In this document: in pieces, positions 39,528-48,457 of the stretch
How the letters are laid out: every line of letters begins with the position of its first letter
How positions within the stretch are numbered: position 1 is the first letter of the stretch
DNA from: an uncultured Gammaproteobacteria bacterium
Lineage (GTDB): Bacteria; Pseudomonadota; Gammaproteobacteria; GCA-001735895
Reading direction: 5' to 3'
Length of the DNA: 52,014 bases
Assembly (NCBI GenBank): GCA_947259305.1
Contig: CAMYML010000001.1
Coordinates: 1 to 52,014 of the forward strand
Translations under genes and position numbers: made by a program
The notes under the pieces: generated by a model
Databases searched by the model: none
What the model saw: the letters and a program-made list of their open reading frames with translations, nothing else
Told to the model about the DNA's origin: nothing

Positions 39528-40531
39528 CCAAGCCGCTGATTTCCGTAAAAGACCTGACGCTGCGCTTCAAAACCGATGAAGGCCTGGTGACGGCCGTTAA
39601 TAACGTGTCTTTTGATATCGCACCAGGCGAAGTACTCGGGCTGGTGGGTGAAAGCGGTTCCGGTAAATCGGTGACCGCCAAGTCGTTGATGATGCTCAAC
39701 GCCGAGAATTCGGTTTACGATGACAACAGTAGTATTACGCTGAATGTTGACGACCAGGATTTTGACGTACTGTCGCTTAGACGCCCCAAAGACCAGATGA
39801 TTGTTCGCGGCGGTGCGATCTCGATGATTTTCCAGGAACCGATGGCCAGTTTCGCCCCGGCGATTACCATCGGTGATCAAATGGTCGAGCAATTGCTGAT
39901 CCATTCGGATATGACAGCAGTTCAGGCCAAGGAAGTTTCGATCGAAATGCTGACCCGCGTCGGAATCCCGGTACCGGCGCAGCGCTTCGGCCAGTACGCC
40001 TTCGAGTTTTCCGGCGGCATGCGCCAGCGCGCGATGATCGCGATGGCGCTGTCGACCAAGCCTCGACTGCTGATCGCCGATGAACCGACGACCGCGCTCG
40101 ATGTCACCATCCAGGCCCAGGTCATCGAATTGATGAAAGACCTGGTCGAAGAGTTCCATATGTCGATCCTTTTTATCACCCACGATCTCGGCGTCATCGC
40201 GCAAACCGCGGACCGGGTCGCGGTCATGTATCTCGGCAACCTGGTAGAAACCGGAACCGTTCGGCAAGTCATTAATTCGCCGGCTCATCCCTATACGCGT
40301 GGCCTGTTGAACTCATTGCCGAAGCTCGATGATCTCGAGGCGCCGCTGACCCCGGTGCCGGGTGATATCCCCTCGCCGCTGGATCGTCCCTCGGGCTGCG
40401 TGTTTCATACGCGCTGCGTGGAATCGAGCGCGATCGCCGAAAAATGCCGTACCGAGATACCCGGTTATACGACGGATAGCGCCAATCACCAGGTGGCCTG
40501 CCACCTGGCGACGCAAGGGGAGCAGTCATGA
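39524..40531 (+). CDS. ABC transporter ATPase (DppD-like)
   Basis: GESGSGKS, FSGGMRQR, IADEPT, HPYT, Cys-rich tail. Confidence 0.95.
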   Translation: MTKPLISVKDLTLRFKTDEGLVTAVNNVSFDIAPGEVLGLVGESGSGKSVTAKSLMMLNAENSVYDDNSSITLNVDDQDFDVLSLRRPKDQMIVRGGAISMIFQEPMASFAPAITIGDQMVEQLLIHSDMTAVQAKEVSIEMLTRVGIPVPAQRFGQYAFEFSGGMRQRAMIAMALSTKPRLLIADEPTTALDVTIQAQVIELMKDLVEEFHMSILFITHDLGVIAQTADRVAVMYLGNLVETGTVRQVINSPAHPYTRGLLNSLPKLDDLEAPLTPVPGDIPSPLDRPSGCVFHTRCVESSAIAEKCRTEIPGYTTDSANHQVACHLATQGEQS

Positions 40532-41535
40532 GTAAAGATGTGCTGATTGCGGCGCGAGACCTGTCGGTCCACTTCCCGCTGCGCGGCCTGGCTTTCGGTG
40601 AACGCCCCGTGGTGCGCGCCTGCGAGGGAATCAACATCGAACTCGAAAAAGGCAGTTTCTTTGGGCTGGTGGGAGAATCGGGCTCGGGCAAAACCACGCT
40701 CGGCCGCGCCATGTTAAAGGCGGCGCCGATCAGCCATGGCGAAATTGTTTATTCCGACTCCGAAGTCACCTATGATCTCGGCTCGCTGAAAGGGGCGGAG
40801 CTCAAGGAATATCGCAAGCGCGCGCAATTGATCTTCCAGGATCCTTACGCGGCGCTTAGCCCGCGGATGACGGTGCGCGATATCATTGCCGAACCGCTGG
40901 AAGTCATGGGCTTGACTTCGAGCCGGGATGAGACCGACGCAAGGGTGCGTGCAATCGCGGCCAAGTGTCGGCTCAATCTCGAGCATCTGCGGCGTTTTCC
41001 GCATGCGTTTTCCGGAGGCCAGCGTCAGCGTATTTCGATTGCGCGCGCACTGGTGTCAGACCCTAAATTTATTGTCGCCGACGAAAGCGTTGCCGCGCTG
41101 GACGTGTCGATCCAGGCCGACGTGCTAAACCTGTTGAATTCGATCCAGGCGGAAAGCGGCATTACCTTCCTGTTTATCAGTCATGACCTGAGCGTTATCG
41201 CGCACACCTGTGACTTCGTCGCGGTTATGTACCTTGGGCAAATCGTCGAGTCGGCGCCAACGCGCAAGCTGTTTTCCGAGACCGCTCACCCTTACACGCG
41301 GGCGTTGCTGTCGGCGATTCCCTCGCTTGATCCCGACGTTCGCGGCCATGCGCAAAAGCTCGAAGGTGAAATTCCGAGCCCGATCAATCCGCCGCCGGGA
41401 TGCCGTTTTAATACGCGCTGCCCGCATGCCCAGGAACGCTGCCGCAGCGAAGTGCCCGAATGGCGCGAAATGAGCAGCGGGCACCACGTTGCCTGTCACT
41501 TCTCGGAAGAACTGAGCGCGGCCCTCGGCAGCTGA
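40528..41535 (+). CDS. ABC transporter ATPase (DppF-like)
   Basis: GESGSGKT, FSGGQRQR, VADE, PPGCRFNTRCP. Confidence 0.95.
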   Translation: MSKDVLIAARDLSVHFPLRGLAFGERPVVRACEGINIELEKGSFFGLVGESGSGKTTLGRAMLKAAPISHGEIVYSDSEVTYDLGSLKGAELKEYRKRAQLIFQDPYAALSPRMTVRDIIAEPLEVMGLTSSRDETDARVRAIAAKCRLNLEHLRRFPHAFSGGQRQRISIARALVSDPKFIVADESVAALDVSIQADVLNLLNSIQAESGITFLFISHDLSVIAHTCDFVAVMYLGQIVESAPTRKLFSETAHPYTRALLSAIPSLDPDVRGHAQKLEGEIPSPINPPPGCRFNTRCPHAQERCRSEVPEWREMSSGHHVACHFSEELSAALGS

Positions 41536-41574
41536 TTCCCTCGACGTTATTGCCTTATTGCCGTTAGCTGCAGT

Positions 41575-41784
41575 ATGAATATCGAGCTTGTCCATCCGGA
41601 TTTTAATGAAAAGCTACAGCTGTACTTCGAGCGCTGGCGGCTGGCCACCGCCGAGGACAACGAGATTTGCGAAGCGCAACAGTGCGGACAGAAATTTGCG
41701 CGCAAGCCTGGACGCTTCTCTGCCAGCGAGTTCGCGCTGCATGCGCTGGCCAACTGGGTGCTGGACCAGGTGCTGGATACCTGA
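41575..41784 (+). pseudogene. 3' stub of a Rieske ring-hydroxylating oxygenase alpha subunit
   Basis: EDNEICEAQQCG...PGRFSASEFALHALANW is the typical C-terminal pattern; only 69 aa, no Rieske domain. Confidence 0.75.
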
Positions 41785-41795
41785 GCAGTTGTTTC

Positions 41796-42182
41796 TCAGG
41801 TCTTGCCTGCCGGCACCGGTCGCGGGCGTCCGTCGACGCCCAGCGCAACAAACTTGAAATTTGCCTGTGTCACCTTGACCGTATTACGCGAACGATCGCG
41901 CTGCACCCAGGCTTCGACGTGAATATCGATCGAGGTATTTCCCACGGCCTGGATTTCGGTGTAAACACAGAGGATATCGCCGATTTTGACCGGCCGGATA
42001 AAATGCATGCTGTCGAGCGCCACGGTCACGGTGCGGCACTGGGCGCGCTCGCTGGCGCAAATGCCCGCGGCGATATCCATTTGCGACAGCACCCAGCCAC
42101 CGAAAATATCCCCGGCCGGGTTGGAGTCGGCAGGCATCGCGATAGTGCGGATGGTGAGTTCACCTCGAGGTTTTTCAGACAT
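41796..42182 (-). CDS. yciA: Acyl-CoA thioesterase (hotdog fold, YciA-like)
   Basis: AMPADSNPAGDIFGGWVLSQMDIAA, PVKIGD, VGNTS. Confidence 0.9.
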   Translation of the reverse strand: MSEKPRGELTIRTIAMPADSNPAGDIFGGWVLSQMDIAAGICASERAQCRTVTVALDSMHFIRPVKIGDILCVYTEIQAVGNTSIDIHVEAWVQRDRSRNTVKVTQANFKFVALGVDGRPRPVPAGKT

Positions 42183-42562
42183 GCGTCATTGCCGTTAAAG
42201 AGTTGCAGGATCCGGCAATCATAGGAAGACCGTGATTGACAGTCAAAGGCTATCCGCCGATTGATAGCCGGCTTTTTCTCTACCTGTGCATGACTTCATA
42301 CTATAATTCTTCCATCTATCCGGTTAGCGATTGGTAGCAAAGATCTGACCTGCGCGATTAGATTTTTGATTAATAATTGTGAATGCAAGGCGGATAAAAC
42401 CACGACCCTGGATAATCTAGTGGATATAGATTTTAAACAGATAAACGAAATGCAGCCTCGCGAGCCGAGGAAGCTTCCATCTATGCCATCTGCAGCGCAA
42501 TGACCGTCAAGTCGATATCCGTTATCAAAAGCGGCACCTCGAATCTTGTAAGGTAGGGGTCA

Positions 42563-44278
42563 ATGGATCCCTACGATATTCTCGGCGTCCCGCAGAACGC
42601 AACCCAGGAAGAGATAAAAATAGCCTACCGCAGGGAAGCCATGAAGTGGCACCCGGATAGATGCAATAACTCATCCGTAGCGAAGGAACGATTTCACCAG
42701 GCAGCGGAAGCCTACAAAATCCTGTCCGAAAAAAAAGCCACAGCCGGCGATGGCGGCTTTGGCGCGAGACCGTCCGCAGCGCATCGGGACCAACGATCGA
42801 AGCCCGGAAAATCCGAGCGCCACGGGGATTCGCATTATTCCGCAGGCGCTTCGGAGGACAAATTCGCCGACTCGGTATTCTGGGATGTAATGCTCGATTA
42901 TGCGATCAAACTTGCGCAAACTGGATTGAGCGAACAGGAAATTTCGATCAACATTTCTAAAAACGGCTGTCCCGAGAGGCTGGCGGCAGTCATAGCGGAC
43001 AAGGCGTTTAATATTCATGCTCACTATGCGTCGAATTCGGCCAGGCAACGCAAGCACGGAGCGGATAAGTCCACGTTTAACCAGGAAAGACTCGAAACTG
43101 AATTACTCAGAGCCTTTCTCGGTCAGCGAAACCTGGTCTGGAGCCCGAGAGATACCATTGAATACTACCTGGTGGTTTGCCAGGAATTCAGGCAGTCCGC
43201 AAAATTAAACCCCTTATCCTGGATAAACACGAACCGGCGTTTGATGAGAATTCTAAATTTCTCGATTATTTTGTTCGCCGTGATTATCCTGGCGATCAAT
43301 TTTTATCCAGGGCCATCAAAATACAGACTTTTACCCGATATCGCCATGCTGCAGCTGCCGTTTGCGGTGCTTCCCCTGATGTTTGCCTGGACGATATACC
43401 GCAAGCTCTGGAGCTTTACGCTTATTCTCTGGGTTGCATATCTGGGCACGATTGCCTTTTTTAATTCCTATATGCCGCCCGCGCTAAACGATGACCTGAC
43501 ATCTGTATTGCCAATCGCGGCTATTTGTTTCGCACCCTTTTTATTTATTGCGCTGTTTGGCAATTATTTCTACTACCGCAAAGCACAAAATATGATCCGC
43601 TCGGCGGATCGCCTGTTTGCAGAACATCTGGATAAAATTGTCTGGATTAAAAACAGGGCGGGCACATCCAGCATGGCGGCGTTCATGTTTTTGCTTGTTT
43701 TCTATGCTTCGCTGATCTATCTCGTGCCCCGCAACGCCGAATTTTCAAATGCATACAGTTTTGGCTTGCCAGGCATGGATATCGTAAAAGATGACGCCGA
43801 AACCAAAAAAATAAAACTTCGACTAGAAGAAGCAAACCAGTTTTTTGAGATTGCCGAAGCAAACTTCAATAACTCACCACCCGATTATATGCAGGCCGAA
43901 ATGGCATATAGCACCGCCGCGGACAACGGGTCCTTGCTGGCAGCTTACAAGCTGGGCTATATGTATTATGTCGGCGCAGGAGTCAGGCAGGATGATGTGT
44001 TGGCTTTCGAATATTTTGCACAGGCTACCAGGGCGCCACTGGCTTTCCAGCCGCACAGCTTGCAGCTAACGACGAAATTTTTAGCCGAATCCTACAACAG
44101 CCTGGGCATCATGCTGCAAGGCGGATATGGCACCAGAAAAAATCTGAAAAAAGCCTATGAAATGTATAGTCGAGGTGCAGAATTTGGCTCCAGGGATGCG
44201 GAGCTTAATCTAAAAACGGTATATAAATCTGTTGCCGCTACCGGACGCAGGCGCCTGGCGAGTCCCATCTACGAATAA
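42563..44278 (+). CDS. J-domain + multi-TM (DUF2628-like) + Sel1-repeat protein
   Basis: DPYDILGV...KWHPDR; about 5 TM segments with WTIYRKLW and GNYFYYRK; AYKLGYMYYVGAGVRQD, YNSLGIMLQGGYGTRKN. Confidence 0.8.
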   Translation: MDPYDILGVPQNATQEEIKIAYRREAMKWHPDRCNNSSVAKERFHQAAEAYKILSEKKATAGDGGFGARPSAAHRDQRSKPGKSERHGDSHYSAGASEDKFADSVFWDVMLDYAIKLAQTGLSEQEISINISKNGCPERLAAVIADKAFNIHAHYASNSARQRKHGADKSTFNQERLETELLRAFLGQRNLVWSPRDTIEYYLVVCQEFRQSAKLNPLSWINTNRRLMRILNFSIILFAVIILAINFYPGPSKYRLLPDIAMLQLPFAVLPLMFAWTIYRKLWSFTLILWVAYLGTIAFFNSYMPPALNDDLTSVLPIAAICFAPFLFIALFGNYFYYRKAQNMIRSADRLFAEHLDKIVWIKNRAGTSSMAAFMFLLVFYASLIYLVPRNAEFSNAYSFGLPGMDIVKDDAETKKIKLRLEEANQFFEIAEANFNNSPPDYMQAEMAYSTAADNGSLLAAYKLGYMYYVGAGVRQDDVLAFEYFAQATRAPLAFQPHSLQLTTKFLAESYNSLGIMLQGGYGTRKNLKKAYEMYSRGAEFGSRDAELNLKTVYKSVAATGRRRLASPIYE

Positions 44279-44348
44279 ATCCTGTTCGCCCGCGTAGAAA
44301 GTAAAAACTCCAGTTTTACTGTTACACCCTGTCGAAAAATAAACCAGG

Positions 44349-45842
44349 TCAAGACTGGAATTCGAATTCCTGATCCAGTGGGAATATCGGGCGCGCGACA
44401 TTGTGGTAAGTCAATCGCTCATAACGGGGAGTGCAGAGTGCGCCACTGTCGCAGACGATAACCTGGTCGGCGATCGGCTCGAAATCAGCCCGAAAATGCT
44501 GCATCGATTTCAGCACGACGACGCGCTTCGAGGCCGGATCGATGCCGAAGCACCTGAACTGTTGCAGGTCGAGCAGCTGCTGGGCCAGGCTGGTTACCAG
44601 GATTTCGATGCCGTCGACGCGTACCACCGCGGTCGGACCGAAACAGCGCCGTAAGCCACCGATCATTGCGCCACCTCCGATATAATGCCCGTCGCTTAAG
44701 GTTATCAGTTCCACCCGCAGATCGAGCGGGCCTCCGCCACGGTCGGGATCTACCTTGCCGCCGAGCTTAATCCCGACCCGGTCTCCTGGTTGGTGCAGGC
44801 AAAGCTGCTTTACGGTTTCAGCATCGACCATCGGGCCGAAACAGGCGTCGGAAACCCGGGCCCGAAGCAGCGCGCTCAACAGGTTGGTGGCATCGCCGTA
44901 TGCGCCTGCACCCGGATTATCCGCGTAGTCGGCGATTACCAGCGGCCCGTTGGCGCTGTGGAACTTCGCCGCGATCGCCGCGGCCTTATCTACCTCCAGA
45001 TAGTCATTCAATACCTCGTGGCGATGCTTCCAGATGTCGCCGGCTATGCCTTTGGCAAAATCAATATGCGGATTCATGTCGCCCGTCGCGGTTACCACGA
45101 CGCTGGCCCCCGCCTGCCTGATGTCGGCGCTGGGGAAGCCGGCGTTGATGCTGACGGCACAGGTGTCGTCGCGCTGTTCCCAGTCCCTGGCGGCGCGGAT
45201 CCACTCGATCATCGGGCCGCTATCCGTGCGCCCGCCGTTGGCTTCTTCGAGCATCGGGCAACTTACGCGGATGCTGCGCGGGCTGATTTCCCGGTTAAGG
45301 CTACGCTGTAGTATTTCACCGGCATGTCGCGCGGTTTCGCGCATATCGATATGCGGGTAGGTTTTGTAAGATACGATAATATCGGCCAGTTCGCACATTG
45401 TCGTGCTGACATTGGCATGCAGATCGAGGGTTATGGCAATGGGTATGTCATCTCCCGTCAGCGCGCGTAAACGCTGCAGCAGTTCGCCCTCGCCATCATC
45501 GCAAAAGTCCGTGACCATGGCGCCATGCAATCCGAGCAATATGCCGTCAAACTGTGCGCTCGCGACCGCGGCAACGATGGTATTGGCCAGCCAGTCGAAG
45601 GCTGCGGAAGTTACCTTGCCACCGGGACCGGCACCCGCGCTGAGGACGTGCTCGATCCGCCAGCCGTACTTCCTGCCGATATCCAGAAAACCGGCCAGTT
45701 CGGTATTATGTTCGCCCCGCTCCAAGATGGCTTCTGCTCCGCCGAGCACAAAGCAATCCTTGAAGGCCCGTTCGTCGGTCGCGATACGACTGAAGGTGTT
45801 GGTTTCGTGTTTGAATTCCGCGCTGAGTATTCGATAGCTCAT
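44349..45842 (-). CDS. M81-family (MlrC-like) metallopeptidase
   Basis: HETNTFS, LHGAM, LDLHAN, TYPHID, DNPGAG, VVLKSMQHFRADF. Confidence 0.92.
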   Translation of the reverse strand: MSYRILSAEFKHETNTFSRIATDERAFKDCFVLGGAEAILERGEHNTELAGFLDIGRKYGWRIEHVLSAGAGPGGKVTSAAFDWLANTIVAAVASAQFDGILLGLHGAMVTDFCDDGEGELLQRLRALTGDDIPIAITLDLHANVSTTMCELADIIVSYKTYPHIDMRETARHAGEILQRSLNREISPRSIRVSCPMLEEANGGRTDSGPMIEWIRAARDWEQRDDTCAVSINAGFPSADIRQAGASVVVTATGDMNPHIDFAKGIAGDIWKHRHEVLNDYLEVDKAAAIAAKFHSANGPLVIADYADNPGAGAYGDATNLLSALLRARVSDACFGPMVDAETVKQLCLHQPGDRVGIKLGGKVDPDRGGGPLDLRVELITLSDGHYIGGGAMIGGLRRCFGPTAVVRVDGIEILVTSLAQQLLDLQQFRCFGIDPASKRVVVLKSMQHFRADFEPIADQVIVCDSGALCTPRYERLTYHNVARPIFPLDQEFEFQS

Positions 45843-45962
45843 TTAGCTCACGGCGCAAAGCCCGCTGCGCGTTAGCGCTTCGGGCCAGAGTTTTTTCCAG
45901 CTGTGGCCGCCGGGGCCGGTAATGGCCCGGCTTTGGTCCAGCAGGCTGATGATACCCGGTTG
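45843..45962 (-). pseudogene. Possible 3' stub of an alpha/beta-hydrolase
   Basis: ...ITGPGGHSWKKLWPEALTRSGLCAVS*, with its TAA directly against the M81 ATG. Confidence 0.35.
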
Positions 45963-45978
45963 ATGGGTTGCGGGCCGG

Positions 45979-46308
45979 CTAAACATTTTTTTCCTCGTCA
46001 TACCAGAGGTAAAACTCGAGCTCTTCGAACAGCTCCAGTTCATCCTCGCTGGCGATCACGGCAAGTTCGTCGGCGGTCATTTGCGGCAATTCAGCCGGGT
46101 TATCGCTGCGACTCACCAGGATACCGATCAAGACCACTAGCAGGCAGGAAAACGCCGTTGCCGGGACCCAGCGCGGAATCGCGCCGCGCGTTTCCTGCTC
46201 CAGCGCAGCCATGCGCGCCGTCTTCAAGGCCTTGCTGGTATCCGGGTCCAGGGTCTGGCGATCGAATGCCTGTTTGAACTCTTTTTGAAGTTGCTGATCT
46301 TTATCCAT
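45979..46308 (-). CDS. Putative single-TM anti-sigma factor (DUF3619-like position)
   Basis: GGAG RBS, ATG 46308 overlapping the sigma stop; LKTARMAALE helix, one TM, acidic tail EDELELFEELEFYLWYDEE. Confidence 0.72.
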   Translation of the reverse strand: MDKDQQLQKEFKQAFDRQTLDPDTSKALKTARMAALEQETRGAIPRWVPATAFSCLLVVLIGILVSRSDNPAELPQMTADELAVIASEDELELFEELEFYLWYDEEKNV

Positions 46309-46825
46309 CTTCTTCTCCCAATATACGGCGCAGCTGTTGCGTCGCGCGTGCATAGTGTGTTTTGACGCTGCTTTCCGAAATCGAAAGCGCAAACGCGGTT
46401 TCGCGGGTGCTGAATTCCTGCCAGGCGCGCAGCAGAAAGGTTTGCTGCTGGCGTAATGGCAGCTGGTCCAGGGCCATGATCACGCGTTTCAGCTCGTCGT
46501 CGAGCTGGACCTGGTCCTCGGCCGATGCGGCGAAGTTTTCCGTTTCGGTCGCGCTGGCCTGCCACGGCATCAGGCCGGTGAGCACCTGGCGAAACTTTTG
46601 CTTTCTGAACCAGTCCCTGATCGAATTTTGCAGGATCCGATAGAACAACGGACCCCACTCGTCCGCATCGCGGTGCCGATACTTTTGCACCAGTTTCAGC
46701 ATGCTGTCCTGCACCAGCTCGAGCGCGTCATGGTGGTTGTGGGTCAACGCCATCGCCATTAAATATGCCTTTTGCTCCGAGTCGCGAAAAAATAAATCCA
46801 GGGCCTGTCTGATTGGCTGATCCAC
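46301..46825 (-). CDS. ECF RNA polymerase sigma factor
   Basis: DALELVQDSMLK, LFYRILQNSIRDWFRK, LPLRQQQTFLLR, SESSVKTHYARA. Confidence 0.92.
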   Translation of the reverse strand: MDQPIRQALDLFFRDSEQKAYLMAMALTHNHHDALELVQDSMLKLVQKYRHRDADEWGPLFYRILQNSIRDWFRKQKFRQVLTGLMPWQASATETENFAASAEDQVQLDDELKRVIMALDQLPLRQQQTFLLRAWQEFSTRETAFALSISESSVKTHYARATQQLRRILGEEDG

Positions 46826-46829
46826 GGGG

Positions 46830-47702
46830 CTACAGCATCCATCGCAGGCCCAGCGTCAAACCGACGCTGTCGTCCAGCGGCAGGGCTGTGGCGGCTGCAA
46901 GCAAATAACCAAAACGCTGGCTGGCCCAATGCTGCCAGCTCAGCATAAGCGTTTCGTCATAACTCTCGTCAATCGCGGATTGTGCCTGTGAAATCTGCAG
47001 CGAGTAGTCATTGTCGTAATCGGCATGACCCAGCAGCAATGAAGCATTCTGCGATATCAGCAACGAACTCTGCGCCAGCGTCGACGACTTGACGATAAAG
47101 CGGGCAAAAACGCTGCGGTTCAAGGCGCGCAAATCTTTTTCGTAGTCGTAACGCAGGTAATTCACCTGCCAGTACCAGGGATCGCCCTGCCAGCCAAGCG
47201 ATACGCCGAATCCCGAAACATCGGTGGCGTAGCTATCCGGCACGAAACTGTCGAAAAAGTCTGAATCGATAGCGCGCGTGAAAAAAAGCGTTTCGCCTTC
47301 CTCGAGCTGTACCCGGAAATTCCATTCGCCCTGGTCCAGCGCCAGCGCGAGCCCCAGGGTTTCCTTTTCCAGCTCGCCCTCGTTGCCCTCGAAAAAATAC
47401 TGAACTTCGATGTCGAGCAGTTGTGACAGCTGAAACCATAGCGTGGTTACCAGGGTCAGGCTGTCAAATTCCTGGTCCAGGTCGCTGAGCTCGGTCTCGC
47501 CGTAGTAGCCGTAATATCCCATCCGCTCTCCGAGCGGCAGGCTCAGCAACAGGGCCCGGCTCGAATCCTCGACTTCGTCCTCGCCCAGGTCGATGCCGAC
47601 CAGGATTGGTTGTTCGTCCTCGAGGCCAATCCATTCCTCGGCGCCGAGACAGGGTACGGGTGACAGCGCAAAAACAAGAAGCATGATGTTCAGCCGGCTC
47701 AT
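46830..47702 (-). CDS. Hypothetical exported protein, probable outer-membrane beta-barrel
   Basis: Signal peptide; amphipathic strands (FGVSLGWQGDPWYWQVNYLRYDY); C-terminal GLTLGLRWML. Confidence 0.6.
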   Translation of the reverse strand: MSRLNIMLLVFALSPVPCLGAEEWIGLEDEQPILVGIDLGEDEVEDSSRALLLSLPLGERMGYYGYYGETELSDLDQEFDSLTLVTTLWFQLSQLLDIEVQYFFEGNEGELEKETLGLALALDQGEWNFRVQLEEGETLFFTRAIDSDFFDSFVPDSYATDVSGFGVSLGWQGDPWYWQVNYLRYDYEKDLRALNRSVFARFIVKSSTLAQSSLLISQNASLLLGHADYDNDYSLQISQAQSAIDESYDETLMLSWQHWASQRFGYLLAAATALPLDDSVGLTLGLRWML

Positions 47703-48181
47703 GAATCATGATTTCGCTTGTCTCTGTGTCGCTGCAGCCAGCGTTTGCGCTGCGCCGGTGTCATTCGTTGCCAACGCTCGCGGTATTGCCTGCGCTGGTC
47801 AGCCGGCAGGCTGCGGAAGCGTTTAAAGGCCTTACGCACCCTGGCCTTTTGTTCCGGCGTCAGGTTCTGGAACTTCTTGAAGCGCTCCTTGATCGCATCC
47901 CTTTGTTGCTGGCTGAGCTGCTGCCAGCGTTTGAAACGTTGTCTCATCTGCGTGCGCTGCGCCGGCGTCATGTCCTTCCAGCGCTCGGCGCCGCGTAACA
48001 TCCGGGCGCGTTTATCCTGGTCGAGTTCCGACCAGCGTGCTTCGAAGGGCTTCAGAATTCGCTGCTGTTCCTGGCTGAGTTCGTCCCAGGATTGCGCCGC
48101 GACAGACAAGGGGAATGCCAGCGTCGCCAGCAGCAACAATCCCGGAATCAGCTTCTCAGCAAAGCAGGTTAGACTTCTCAT
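47699..48181 (-). CDS. DUF3106-like periplasmic helical-repeat protein
   Basis: Signal peptide; (W/F)xxLxxxQ(R/K) repeats: WDELSQEQQ, WKDMTPAQR, WQQLSQQQR, FQNLTPEQK, FRSLPADQR, WQRMTPAQR. Confidence 0.82.
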   Translation of the reverse strand: MRSLTCFAEKLIPGLLLLATLAFPLSVAAQSWDELSQEQQRILKPFEARWSELDQDKRARMLRGAERWKDMTPAQRTQMRQRFKRWQQLSQQQRDAIKERFKKFQNLTPEQKARVRKAFKRFRSLPADQRRQYRERWQRMTPAQRKRWLQRHRDKRNHDS

Positions 48182-48390
48182 TCGCTGTTTACCTCATTTT
48201 TTGGCGCGACGTCTTTAAGCGCATGATGCTCGAGCAGTTGCCAGGTTTGTTCATCGATCGGTTCGAGGTCGCCCAGAAATTCGAGCATTGCCGCGGAGGG
48301 TAAATCCTGGTCTGGCGCGGCCTGATGCGCATCCGCCTGCGCCATCGTCGGCCAGGCCAGGGCCATCACCAGGATTATTCCCGTTCGCAC
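48178..48390 (-). CDS. Small secreted hypothetical protein (about 70 aa)
   Basis: GGGGA RBS + GTG at 48390; signal ending AQA; LPSAAMLEFLGDLE; ATGA overlap with DUF3106-like gene. Confidence 0.62.
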   Translation of the reverse strand: MRTGIILVMALAWPTMAQADAHQAAPDQDLPSAAMLEFLGDLEPIDEQTWQLLEHHALKDVAPKNEVNSE

Positions 48391-48457
48391 AAACAATTCC
48401 CCCATAGCAGGATGGGGGAATTGTAACAAGCTGCCATAATCATGCACCGGGTTAATC

